A stretch of DNA of 60,705 bases, the filler included. It is 3 parts of 3 records of this genome, joined end to end, with 100 filler letters (N's around TTAATTAATTAA, not from the genome) between each part and the next. Parts side by side here need not be neighbours in the genome. Positions count along the whole stretch, not along the records: positions 30,265 to 54,463 come from SRR31156797_13938; positions 54,564 to 60,705 come from SRR31156797_13966; 1 more part is not named here. The stretch is one strand, 5' to 3'. Within the stretch, counting starts at the first letter, position 1. Every line of letters begins with the position of its first letter. Positions 48,198-57,469 of this stretch are shown piece by piece. The notes beneath the pieces are model-generated. The model was not told the DNA's origin, made no database searches, and worked only from the letters and a program-made list of their open reading frames with translations. Position numbers and translations under genes: made by a program.

Positions 48198-49211
48198 ATG
48201 AGAAAGGTAGTTTTAGTATTGATGTCCCTGTGTCTGACCCTCGGGCTCTTTGCAGAGGGGCAGAAGGATGCCGGTGATGATACCATAAAGATCGGTGTAT
48301 CCATTCCCACCCAGTCTGCCGAAAGATGGGTAAGGGACAAGGTTCAGATTGAAGAGGAAGCTCTCAAAAGAGGGATGGACGTGGTTGTTCAGGTTGCCAA
48401 TGAGGATTCTGGAAAGCAGATCAACCAGTGCGAGAACATGCTGGCCATGGGGATCGACGTTCTGATCCTGGCCCCCCATGACGCCAAAGGCGCTGCCGCC
48501 ATCGTGGAAAGCGCACAGGCTGACAAGGTTCCGGTAATCTCCTACGACAGACTGGTTATGGACTGCGAACCCGAGCTCTATCTCTCTTTCGATAACTTCA
48601 AGGTCGGAGAAATCCAAGGGAAGTACATCACTGAAATGGTTCCCTCGGGAGATTATGTCCTTCTCGCCGGTGCTCCCACCGACAATAACGCCACACTCTT
48701 CAAGGCCGGAGCCATGACCTATATCCAGCCCTTGATCGACGCCGGTAGGATCAACGTCGTTGCCGAACAGGCCGTCAAAGACTGGCAGCCCGTGGAGGCT
48801 CTGAAGATCATGGAGAACGCCCTTACCGCCAGCGGCAACAAGGTCGACGCCGTTCTGGCTCCCAATGACGGTACAGCGGGCGCCGCAATTGAAGCTCTCG
48901 CCGCACAGGGTATGGACGGGCTGGTTCCCGTAACAGGACAGGACGCCGAGGTCGCTGCTGCTCAGCGTATCGTCCAGGGAACCCAGGCCATGACCGTCTT
49001 CAAGGACACAAGGATGCTGGCCGTCAAGGCTGTAGAACTGGCAGAAATGCTGGCCAAGAGCGGTAATGTTTCTTCTGAGATCAACAATGCCGTAGATAAT
49101 GGCAGGGTCGATGTCCCCTCCGTACTCCTCACTCCCATTGCAGTAGATAAAAACAATGTGAAAGAAGTTCTGGTTGATTCGGGATACGTTCCCGCAAGTA
49201 TCCTGGACTAA
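48198..49211 (+). CDS. xylF: D-xylose-type ABC substrate-binding protein
   Basis: ERWVRD, VISYDRL, SFDNFKVG, APNDGTA, TGQDAE, QAMTVFKD; SD AGGAGG. Confidence 0.85.
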   Translation: MRKVVLVLMSLCLTLGLFAEGQKDAGDDTIKIGVSIPTQSAERWVRDKVQIEEEALKRGMDVVVQVANEDSGKQINQCENMLAMGIDVLILAPHDAKGAAAIVESAQADKVPVISYDRLVMDCEPELYLSFDNFKVGEIQGKYITEMVPSGDYVLLAGAPTDNNATLFKAGAMTYIQPLIDAGRINVVAEQAVKDWQPVEALKIMENALTASGNKVDAVLAPNDGTAGAAIEALAAQGMDGLVPVTGQDAEVAAAQRIVQGTQAMTVFKDTRMLAVKAVELAEMLAKSGNVSSEINNAVDNGRVDVPSVLLTPIAVDKNNVKEVLVDSGYVPASILD

Positions 49212-49224
49212 GAATTGTTTCCAC

Positions 49225-49258
49225 AGGTCTTCTCCGCACGGCCGGAGAAGGCTTTTTT
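49225..49258 (+). terminator. Terminator-like stem-loop between xylF and xylG
   Basis: GTCTTCTCCG-CACGGC-CGGAGAAGGC-TTTTTT. Confidence 0.7.
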
Positions 49259-49272
49259 ATATCGAGGTTATT

Positions 49273-50796
49273 ATGAACGATGCGATGCTGCATATGTGCG
49301 GCGTTACGAAAACCTTTCCCGGTGTCATTGCCCTGGATAATGTTGAATTGAAGGTGGCGGAGGGAGAGATCCATGCTCTCGTAGGCGAAAACGGAGCTGG
49401 AAAATCCACCCTGATGAATATACTGAGCGGAAACTATCCCCATGGAACCTACACGGGAGACATACTGCTCAAAGGTGAAGAGAAGATTTTTCAGAACATC
49501 AAGGACAGCGAAGAGTCGGGAATCGCCATAATATTTCAGGAACTGGCCCTCGCTCCTCAGCTGAGCGTTTGCGAGAATCTTTTTCTTGGAAATGAAATTG
49601 CCAGAAACGGTCTCATCGACTGGGACCGATCATATAAAGAAGCCCAGAACTCTCTGAAACGGGTGGGGCTGGATATCAATCCCGACACGATCATCTCCGA
49701 TCTGGGAGTTGGGCAGCAACAGCTTGTGGAGATCGCCAAGGCCCTTCATAAGAATGCGAAGCTTCTGATTCTTGACGAGCCCTCGGCGTCTCTCACCGAA
49801 CATGAGACCGATGTTCTCTTGAATATCCTTGATGATCTCAGAACGCAGGGAGTCACCTCTATCTATATCTCCCACAAGTTCAACGAGGTCTTTCGTATTG
49901 CCGACAGCGTGACCATCCTCAGGGACGGTGCTACCATCGAGTGCGGCTCTATCTCGGACTACGACGAAGCCGCGCTGATCGCCCGCATGGTCGGCCGTGA
50001 TTTAAAGGACATGTATCCTCCCCGCTCCTGTGAACCCGGAGAGGATCTGCTGTCCGTCAAGGATTGGAGCGCCTGCGACTGGGACAATCCCGACCGCTTC
50101 CTGGTGCGGGATGCTGAGTTCACCCTCAGAAAGGGAGAAATCCTGGGGCTTGCCGGACTGATGGGCGCCGGACGGACCGAACTGGCCATGAGCATCATCG
50201 GAGCCAAAGGCAGGAAAGTGAAGGGCGACGTCTTTCTGAACGGAAAAAAGCTCACCCTGAAATGCCCTGGAGACGCCATCCGCAACGGTATCAGTTATCT
50301 TTCTGAAGACCGTAAGAGCCTGGGGCTGAATCTGAGTATGAGCGTCAGGGAGAACATCTCTCTGGCCTCACTCTTCTCATGCTCTCAGAAGGGATTTATC
50401 GATGAGAACGATGAGATTCGCAGAGCGGAAGGTTTCAGGGAAGAGCTGAAAATCAAGACCCATAATATAAACGAAAAGGTGGTGAACTTAAGCGGCGGCA
50501 ACCAGCAGAAGGTCGCCCTGTCCAAATGGCTGATGACCCGGCCGGACGTTCTTATTCTCGATGAGCCCACCAGGGGAATAGATGTGGGCGCCAAGAATGA
50601 GATCTACAAGCTTATCAACAAGCTCAGTGCCGCCGGCTACGGGATCCTTGTTATCTCTTCCGAGCTGCCCGAACTGCTGGGAATATGCGACCGTATCATG
50701 GTCATGAGCGAAGGACGGATAACAGGAACGGTGAATGCCTCCGAGGCCACCCAGGAAAGAATTATGGCGTTAGCCACAACAGGGAGAGACAAATGA
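49273..50796 (+). CDS. xylG: Monosaccharide ABC ATP-binding protein with two NBDs (XylG/GguA-like)
   Basis: GENGAGKSTL, YPHGTY, LILDEP, LSGGNQQK, LDEPTRGIDVGAK. Confidence 0.88.
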   Translation: MNDAMLHMCGVTKTFPGVIALDNVELKVAEGEIHALVGENGAGKSTLMNILSGNYPHGTYTGDILLKGEEKIFQNIKDSEESGIAIIFQELALAPQLSVCENLFLGNEIARNGLIDWDRSYKEAQNSLKRVGLDINPDTIISDLGVGQQQLVEIAKALHKNAKLLILDEPSASLTEHETDVLLNILDDLRTQGVTSIYISHKFNEVFRIADSVTILRDGATIECGSISDYDEAALIARMVGRDLKDMYPPRSCEPGEDLLSVKDWSACDWDNPDRFLVRDAEFTLRKGEILGLAGLMGAGRTELAMSIIGAKGRKVKGDVFLNGKKLTLKCPGDAIRNGISYLSEDRKSLGLNLSMSVRENISLASLFSCSQKGFIDENDEIRRAEGFREELKIKTHNINEKVVNLSGGNQQKVALSKWLMTRPDVLILDEPTRGIDVGAKNEIYKLINKLSAAGYGILVISSELPELLGICDRIMVMSEGRITGTVNASEATQERIMALATTGRDK

Positions 50797-52025
50797 CAGA
50801 AGAAGCAATCAGTACAAACAAGGCAGTGAGGGAACAGACCCTCGGTACTCGGTGGAAGCTTATGGTCGATACACCCCAGTTTCGGCGGCATGTCCGTCAG
50901 TACACCATGGTCATCGCTCTTGCGGTGATCTCCATTATCTTTACCACTCTGACCGATGGGATCTTCCTATCGTCCAGAAACATCTCCAATCTCTTCCTCC
51001 AAACCACGACCCTGGGGATCCTGGCCATCGGGCTGGTCCTTGTGGTCGTCTCCGGTCATCTGGATCTTTCACTGGGATCCGTCGCCGGATTTTCCGGTGC
51101 CGGCGCGGCGGTTTTGCAGGTAAACAATGGATGGAGTACTCCCGTGGTTATCCTAACCGTTCTTGCACTGGGAGCCCTGATCGGCGTCTGGCACGGTTTC
51201 TGGATCGCCTATAGAAAGGTCTCCGCCCTGATCGTAACCCTGGGAAGCATGTTGATCTTCCGCGGAGCCATGATAGGGATTACCGGAGGAGCTACCATAG
51301 GACCTTTTCAACCTGCCTTCAAGTTTATTGGCCAGGGATATCTTCCCTCCGTTTTTCTGAAGGAGGCGGGATTCAGCGATACCTCGGTTCTCGCCGGCCT
51401 GGCGGCTGTGATCTTCCTGTGGGTACAGGCTCTGAAGGGCAGACGAGGTAAGATCAACCACGGATTTCAGGTTACCGGCTTTGCCTCGTTTGCGCTTAAG
51501 AACCTTATACTCTCGGCCCTGATCGTCATCGTATTTTCCGTTCTGATCTCTTACAGGGGTGTCCCCTTCTCGGTTATCCTCGTCCTTTTTCTGGCCGTTC
51601 TGTTTCAGGTCATCGCCGGTAAGACGACCTTCGGACGGAGGATCTATGCTATCGGTGGAAACGCACAGGCAGCTCACCTTTCGGGAATCGACATCAAGAA
51701 GCACATACTTTCGGTTTATGTTCTCATGGGAATGATGGCCTCTTTGGCGGGCCTGGTCTTCACCGCCCGCCTGAACGCCGCTACCGCCGCCGCAGGGAAT
51801 ATGTTCGAGCTCGACGCTGTAGCCGCTGCCGTTATCGGAGGCTGTTCTCTGGCAGGCGGAGAAGGGACCATCGCCGGAGCTCTGATCGGGGCCCTGGTCA
51901 TGTCCAGCCTGGATAACGGGATGAGTCTGATGGATATGGATGTGACCTTTCAGTATATAATCAAGGGGTTGATCCTCGTTCTGGCGGTATGGATCGACAG
52001 CGCAACCGGGCAAAAGAAAAACTAA
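50793..52025 (+). CDS. xylH: Monosaccharide ABC permease (XylH/GguB-like)
   Basis: HLDLSLGS, FGRRIYAIGGN, FELDAVAAAVIGG; ATGA overlap with xylG. Confidence 0.88.
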   Translation: MTEEAISTNKAVREQTLGTRWKLMVDTPQFRRHVRQYTMVIALAVISIIFTTLTDGIFLSSRNISNLFLQTTTLGILAIGLVLVVVSGHLDLSLGSVAGFSGAGAAVLQVNNGWSTPVVILTVLALGALIGVWHGFWIAYRKVSALIVTLGSMLIFRGAMIGITGGATIGPFQPAFKFIGQGYLPSVFLKEAGFSDTSVLAGLAAVIFLWVQALKGRRGKINHGFQVTGFASFALKNLILSALIVIVFSVLISYRGVPFSVILVLFLAVLFQVIAGKTTFGRRIYAIGGNAQAAHLSGIDIKKHILSVYVLMGMMASLAGLVFTARLNAATAAAGNMFELDAVAAAVIGGCSLAGGEGTIAGALIGALVMSSLDNGMSLMDMDVTFQYIIKGLILVLAVWIDSATGQKKN

Positions 52026-52037
52026 AGAGGGACGACG

Positions 52038-53054
52038 ATGACAGGACGTGAATTATTCTTTGCATCTCTGAAGGGAGAAGAGACCGGGGCCTATCCTTTT
52101 ATGCCCATCACTATGATGTTCGCCGCAGACAAGGCGGAACGCTCATATAGAGACTATGCCATGAACGCGGAAGTTCAGGTATCCGGGCAGATGGCCGTAG
52201 CCGAACAGTTCGATACCGCCCATGTTTCTGTTATCTCCGATCCCGCCGTAGAGGCTTCGGATCTGGGAGCCTCTGTTATGATCAGTGAGGATGCCCCTCC
52301 CGCCATTAAAGAGGAGGAGGCCCTGCTGCAGGATAAGTCATTTCTGAGCTCTCTGAAACCGGTGAAGCCGGAAGACGGCAGGCGGATGAGCAACCGCCTC
52401 GAAGCGGTTCGGCTCCTGAAGGAGAGGGGAGCTGACTCCCTTGTTATCGAGGGCTGGGTGGAGGGGCCCTGCGCCGAAGCTTCGGACCTGAGAGGCATCA
52501 ACCACCTGATGATGGACTTCTTCGACGATGCTGCCTTTGTGGGCGATCTGATGGACCTGATCACCGAGCAGGCCATAGGTTTCGCCCTGAAGCAAATCGA
52601 GGCCGGTGCGGATCTTATCGGTATCGGCGACGCGGCCTCCAGTCTGATAGGGCCCGATTTTTATAATGAGTTCGTCATTCCCAGGATGCACCGCTATGTC
52701 AAGGCTATCCATGATGCGGGGGGACTGGTCCGCCTCCACATTTGCGGGAATACCAATCCCCTCTTTCCCTACATCGCCGATCTGGGTGTGGATATGATCG
52801 ACCTTGATTCCATGGCTGAAATCCCCTGTGCCAGGACGAATCTGGGGCCTCGGGTTGCCCTGGCGGGGAATCTGGATCCGGTCTCCGAACTGAAGGACAG
52901 CAGTCCCGATAAGGTATTGGAGCGAGTGAAGGCCTGCCGTGATGAGGCGGCCGGGCTCTTCATTGTCGGCGCCGGCTGCGAGGTTCCCCGGGGCACTCCC
53001 GACAGGAATCTCCATATGATGTCTGATTTCGCTCGAAATCCGGAGGGAGTGTAA
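52038..53054 (+). CDS. Uroporphyrinogen decarboxylase-fold protein, MtaA/CmuA-like methyltransferase family
   Basis: EASDLG, GWVEGP, AGADLIGIGDA, LHICG, GNLDP, GAGCEVP (HxC...C Zn-type motif). Confidence 0.85.
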   Translation: MTGRELFFASLKGEETGAYPFMPITMMFAADKAERSYRDYAMNAEVQVSGQMAVAEQFDTAHVSVISDPAVEASDLGASVMISEDAPPAIKEEEALLQDKSFLSSLKPVKPEDGRRMSNRLEAVRLLKERGADSLVIEGWVEGPCAEASDLRGINHLMMDFFDDAAFVGDLMDLITEQAIGFALKQIEAGADLIGIGDAASSLIGPDFYNEFVIPRMHRYVKAIHDAGGLVRLHICGNTNPLFPYIADLGVDMIDLDSMAEIPCARTNLGPRVALAGNLDPVSELKDSSPDKVLERVKACRDEAAGLFIVGAGCEVPRGTPDRNLHMMSDFARNPEGV

Positions 53055-53094
53055 TTCCGCAGTCCATCGTTTTTTATGAGTGCGTCATACTGAA

Positions 53095-53124
53095 GCGTCT
53101 GTTCGGAAAGCACCGAACAGACGC
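53095..53124. terminator. Hairpin between convergent genes
   Basis: GCGTCTGTTCGG-AAAGCA-CCGAACAGACGC perfect 12-bp stem. Confidence 0.7.
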
Positions 53125-53146
53125 CTTCTCATTCTAAATCCATATT

Positions 53147-53779
53147 CTAGCGGATAAAGTGGGTGTAGCGCTTCTTCTCCCGGGGAGTTTCGGCGCTGAT
53201 CCCTTTGGTCGCCTCCCGCTGCCTCAGCATGGTGGCCATGTTCTTCCCCAGGACCTCCATGATCTGAACCCCCTCCTCATCCTGCAGGGCCTCGCCGGGG
53301 CTGGTGCCGTGGATAACGTTCCAGTAGTTGGAACTGGGCATCATCATCTCGCTGTAGTTCAGGAAGTTGCAGAGCTGGTTGAAGGTGGGGACGCCGCCTG
53401 ACCTCCTGACCGCAGCCAGCGCGGCCCCAACCTTGCCCCTCAGCATTCCCCCGTTCATACCGCAGACATAGAAGGCCCGATCGAGGAAGGATTTCATAGT
53501 GCCAGCGATGGCGGAGTAGTGGGTCGGAGAAGCGATCATAATACCGTCGGCTTCCTTCATCTTCTGAATCCATCCGTTGACCTCGTCCTTGATGACGCAG
53601 CATTCGTTCTGGTTCTTCACGCACTGGCCGCAGGCCATGCATCCCCGGATCATCTTGTTTCCAACCTGGATGATCTCCACTTCGATACCTCGCTCTTCCA
53701 GCTTGGCCGCCGCAAGGGTGATGGCGGTGTAGGTGTTCCCCTCCTTCCGGGGACTGCCGTTGAATGCAACAACTTTCAT
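53147..53779 (-). CDS. Iron-sulfur flavoprotein / NADPH-dependent FMN reductase family
   Basis: FNGSPRKEGNT, CMACGQC.....C, ASPTHY, AVRRSGG, SSNYWN. Confidence 0.9.
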   Translation of the reverse strand: MKVVAFNGSPRKEGNTYTAITLAAAKLEERGIEVEIIQVGNKMIRGCMACGQCVKNQNECCVIKDEVNGWIQKMKEADGIMIASPTHYSAIAGTMKSFLDRAFYVCGMNGGMLRGKVGAALAAVRRSGGVPTFNQLCNFLNYSEMMMPSSNYWNVIHGTSPGEALQDEEGVQIMEVLGKNMATMLRQREATKGISAETPREKKRYTHFIR

Positions 53780-53794
53780 TTTCTTACCTCTTTC

Positions 53795-54448
53795 TCAGAT
53801 ATGATTCTCCAGGCCCAGATCCCTCATGATATCAAGGTAGGCCCGGTAGGCGTGAGCGATCCGCTCTTCCGTAAATCTGTAGCTGGGGCCCGTCATGGCG
53901 ACGCATCCCACCAGGCGTCCGCCTGTTCTGTAGGGGGCGGCAAAGCAGTTCAGGCCCAGCTCCACCTCCTCCAGATCGGTAGCGTAATCCAGATCGTCAC
54001 CTGAATAGTTGAAGACCTTGGCCACAGCCGAATTGTCCGGGAGATCGATGAAACGGTTCTCATCGGGAACCACCTTCAGCGGCTGTGTGGAGACCACGAC
54101 GTCCAGATAGTAGAATCTGTCTCCCACCTTGAGTTCGAAGTAAGCCGTCTCGTCAATCTCTTTTACCAATTCTTCCAGCAGGGTGCGGATGGTGCTTCCG
54201 ATTCCCGCCCCGTTGGTATAGGAGAGTCCCAGCTTGAGACAGTTCAATCCCAGAGTGTATGCGAGTCCGCCTCCGCATCTGGTGATGTAACCGGTATGCT
54301 CAAGGGTCTGTATGATGCCGAAGGCCGTTGAGGTCTTCAGGCCTGTGGCTTCGCTGATCTCGTTCAGCTTGGCCGTTCCCTTATGGGCGATATATTCCAG
54401 GATCAGAGAGGATCGTTCGATAGACTGGATGTACTTTCTTTCCGGCAT
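53795..54448 (-). CDS. IclR family transcriptional regulator
   Basis: IQSIERSSLILE HTH, TLEHTGYI, ETAY, DLEEVELGLNCFAAP, MTGP. Confidence 0.88.
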   Translation of the reverse strand: MPERKYIQSIERSSLILEYIAHKGTAKLNEISEATGLKTSTAFGIIQTLEHTGYITRCGGGLAYTLGLNCLKLGLSYTNGAGIGSTIRTLLEELVKEIDETAYFELKVGDRFYYLDVVVSTQPLKVVPDENRFIDLPDNSAVAKVFNYSGDDLDYATDLEEVELGLNCFAAPYRTGGRLVGCVAMTGPSYRFTEERIAHAYRAYLDIMRDLGLENHI

Positions 54449-54463
54449 GGGATCTCCTTTCTG

Positions 54464-54563
54464 NNNNNNNNNNNNNNNNNNNNNNNNNNNNNNNNNNNNN
54501 NNNNNNNTTAATTAATTAANNNNNNNNNNNNNNNNNNNNNNNNNNNNNNNNNNNNNNNNNNNN
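54464..54563. other. Artificial contig spacer
   Basis: 44 N + TTAATTAATTAA + 44 N; switch from GC-rich to AT-rich sequence. Confidence 0.97.
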
Positions 54564-54564
54564 G

Positions 54565-56550
54565 CTTGATGGTCAAATTCATGATATAGCAAAAGTTGCT
54601 CAAATAGTTGGAGAATTAAAAACACAACTAGAGAGTGAGACAGAAGAAGAGATTGATTCAGTAGCAGTAGCAGTAGCCGGTAGAAGTTTAGTTACTTCCA
54701 GAGGAAAAGCTAAAAAATTATTTGATATCCAAAATGAAATTGGCGAAGATGATATTTTAGCAGTTGAACTTCTTGCTATTCAAGATGGAATACAATATTT
54801 GGAAAAAGAATCAAGTAATTATCACTGTGTGGGTTATACAGTAACTAACTTTCTTTTAGATGGTGTTGAGATAAAAAACCCGCTTTACCAAAAAGGACAT
54901 GAACTGGAAGTTGAAGTTTTAGCAACTTTTCTGCCAAAGATGGTAGTTGATAGTATGTACACAATGTTGAAAAAAGTTGATCTAAGTATAGTTAATCTGA
55001 CTCTGGAGCCTATTGCTGCAATTAACGTAGTTGTTCCGGAAGATATGAGAAAACTTAATATAGTACTTGTGGATATTGGTGCAGGAACTTCCGATATTGC
55101 CATTACAAAAGAGGGAAAAGTTATAGGATACGGAATGGTACCTATGGCTGGAGATGAAATAACAGAGAGAATTGAGCAGGAATATCTCTTAGATTTTGTA
55201 GAAGCTGAAAAAATGAAAAAACTACTTAGAACAGAAGACTCAGTAACATATACTGATGTACTTGGTTTTGAGATGGATGCATCTACAACAGAAGTATTAT
55301 CAAGAATAGAACCTGTTCTTGAAACGCTAGGAAATAAAATAGCAGATAAAATTATGGAACTGAACGGAGGGGCTCCTCAGGCAGTTATATTAATTGGTGG
55401 AGGTTCATTAGTTCCGGGCTTAAGAGAAAAGATAGCAGATAAGGTTTCACTTGTTGCCGGAAGAGTAGCGGTAAGAGGAACTGAAGCTATAAAAAACATG
55501 GTTGATGAGACAGATAAGCTTAATACTGCTGAGTTTGTAACTCCGGTTGGTATTGCAAATATGGCTTTTCATGGTAGAGAATTTAATATTTTAAACGTTG
55601 TAATAGATAACGAAGCTCATAGAGTATTCTCGTTTAGTAAAAAAATGACTTTGATGGAAGTACTTTTATCAACAGGAATTCAGTCAAAAGATCTATATAG
55701 TAAATCAGGAACATCGTTAACAGTAAGCGTTAATGGTAAACTTAAGATAATTAAAGGTGAACTTGGAAAAAGAGCGCTTGTAAAAGTTAATGGAAGATTT
55801 GCTAGTTTAGATAGAAAAATCAAAGATGGGGATTTACTTGAGATTAAAGCCCAAAGAGACGGAAGAGACGCTGTTTGCAGTATTAAAGATTTCAAAAAAG
55901 AGTATGACAAATTTGTCGTTTATGTAGATGGAAAAAGAAAAGAGTTTTATCCAAGTTTCACTTCGAACGGAGTAGTAATGGATGATACTTATATGATTCA
56001 AGATAGAGATTCTTTAGATTTTAAAGAAGAGTTCACAGTTGCTGATATTTTAGAAGGTGGACTTGAAAAAGAGTTTGCATTTACAATTAACGGTCAAAAA
56101 ACCAACATGTCTATTCCAAAAGCAAAAGTATTCAGAGGAGAAGAGGAGTTGTCACTTACTTCTAAATTAGAAGATCATGATAAATTGACAATAGAAGAAA
56201 CTGAAATTCCAGAGCTGAAGATAAATGATATTTTAGAGATTGAAGATATGAAAACTTTTAGAATAAAAGTAAATGACACAGAAGTTACATTTGAAAATGT
56301 TAAAAAGATAATTAGAATGAATGATTTCCCTGCAACACCGGAATCAGTAATATCAAATAATGCAGTTATAACTTATGAAGTGCCGGAAGATAACTTTCCG
56401 ATAATTTCAGATATATTTAAGCACTACAACCCTGAGCAGTTGCTTCAGGAAAATCACAGCGGACTTCTTCAGATTACGATGAATGGCGAAAAGGCTGAAT
56501 TTATGACTAAGCTGAAAAATAATGCTGAAGTAAAACTATTTTACTTGTAA
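54565..56550 (+). CDS. FtsA-like actin-fold ATPase with a long repetitive C-terminal extension (5'-truncated)
   Basis: Frame open from the contig edge (LDGQIHDIAKVA...AVAGRSL); LTLEPIAA, LVDIGAGTSDIA, MAGDEIT, LIGGGS, TPVGIA; then about 330 aa of repeats. Confidence 0.85.
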   Translation, partial: LDGQIHDIAKVAQIVGELKTQLESETEEEIDSVAVAVAGRSLVTSRGKAKKLFDIQNEIGEDDILAVELLAIQDGIQYLEKESSNYHCVGYTVTNFLLDGVEIKNPLYQKGHELEVEVLATFLPKMVVDSMYTMLKKVDLSIVNLTLEPIAAINVVVPEDMRKLNIVLVDIGAGTSDIAITKEGKVIGYGMVPMAGDEITERIEQEYLLDFVEAEKMKKLLRTEDSVTYTDVLGFEMDASTTEVLSRIEPVLETLGNKIADKIMELNGGAPQAVILIGGGSLVPGLREKIADKVSLVAGRVAVRGTEAIKNMVDETDKLNTAEFVTPVGIANMAFHGREFNILNVVIDNEAHRVFSFSKKMTLMEVLLSTGIQSKDLYSKSGTSLTVSVNGKLKIIKGELGKRALVKVNGRFASLDRKIKDGDLLEIKAQRDGRDAVCSIKDFKKEYDKFVVYVDGKRKEFYPSFTSNGVVMDDTYMIQDRDSLDFKEEFTVADILEGGLEKEFAFTINGQKTNMSIPKAKVFRGEEELSLTSKLEDHDKLTIEETEIPELKINDILEIEDMKTFRIKVNDTEVTFENVKKIIRMNDFPATPESVISNNAVITYEVPEDNFPIISDIFKHYNPEQLLQENHSGLLQITMNGEKAEFMTKLKNNAEVKLFYL

Positions 56551-56685
56551 ACTTATTTAATTGAGTAGATAGTTTTAAGAAATTTATTTTTAGGAATTTT
56601 ATTATTTCACTTAGGTGAACAAAAAAGAGTTAAGGAAAAGAGTTAGGAAAAGCCATACTAGGCGAAAGAGAGGCGGAAAAAGATT

Positions 56686-57465
56686 ATGGACGTAAAAGGA
56701 TTTTTTATTACCCTTATTATGACAATTCTATTTGCATTAATCGGTTTAAAATTTAGTCCAAGTAATACACTTATTTTTCTTGTTTTTGGAGTTACAGCTT
56801 CATTTTTTACAATTCATTTTATTGAATTTCTTAAGAAAATGAAAGAGGAAAAGCAGAAAACAGTTGGAGGAAAACCGAAAATTTTAGACAGTAGTATTAT
56901 CATTGATGGGAGAATAACAGATATTCTTAATTCAGGATTTATCGAAGGAGATATCGTTGTTCCGAAGTTTGTTTTAGAAGAGTTACAAACTTTATCAGAT
57001 TCAAGTGATAATATGAAAAGAGCCAGAGGAAGAAGAGGTCTTGACCTTGTTAAACAAGTTCAGGATATAGAAGGCTATAATGTTTTGATTGAAGAGAAAG
57101 ACTACAAAGAAAAAGAAGTTGATACTAAACTTATCAAACTGGCAAAAGATATGATTGGTGATATTATTACAACTGATTTTAATTTGAATAAAGTTGCAAC
57201 TATTCAGGGTGTAAAAGTACTGAATATTAATCAACTTACTAATTCGCTTAAATTGGTAGTATTGCCAAATGAAGAGCTTAAAATAGAGCTTATTAAAAAA
57301 GGTGATCGTGATGGTCAGGCTGTAGGATACCTTCAGGATGGTACTATGGTTGTTGCAGAAGACGGAGGAGGCCACGTTGGGGAACTAGTTACTCTGGTTA
57401 TTACAAGTGTTTATCCTACTGCAGCAGGAAGAATGATTTTCGGAAGACTTAAAGCTGGTGAATAG
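56686..57465 (+). CDS. PIN/TRAM domain membrane protein (YacL-like)
   Basis: Two TM helices; ILDSSIIIDGRI, RGRRGLD, ITTDFNLNKVA, GYLQDGTMVV, TAAGRMIF. Confidence 0.92.
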   Translation: MDVKGFFITLIMTILFALIGLKFSPSNTLIFLVFGVTASFFTIHFIEFLKKMKEEKQKTVGGKPKILDSSIIIDGRITDILNSGFIEGDIVVPKFVLEELQTLSDSSDNMKRARGRRGLDLVKQVQDIEGYNVLIEEKDYKEKEVDTKLIKLAKDMIGDIITTDFNLNKVATIQGVKVLNINQLTNSLKLVVLPNEELKIELIKKGDRDGQAVGYLQDGTMVVAEDGGGHVGELVTLVITSVYPTAAGRMIFGRLKAGE

Positions 57466-57469
57466 TTCT

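Noticed and set aside
52038..53054. Calling this gene hemE
   Set aside because: It lacks the N-terminal RQAGR motif of HemE, carries the HxC...C motif instead, and has no tetrapyrrole gene context
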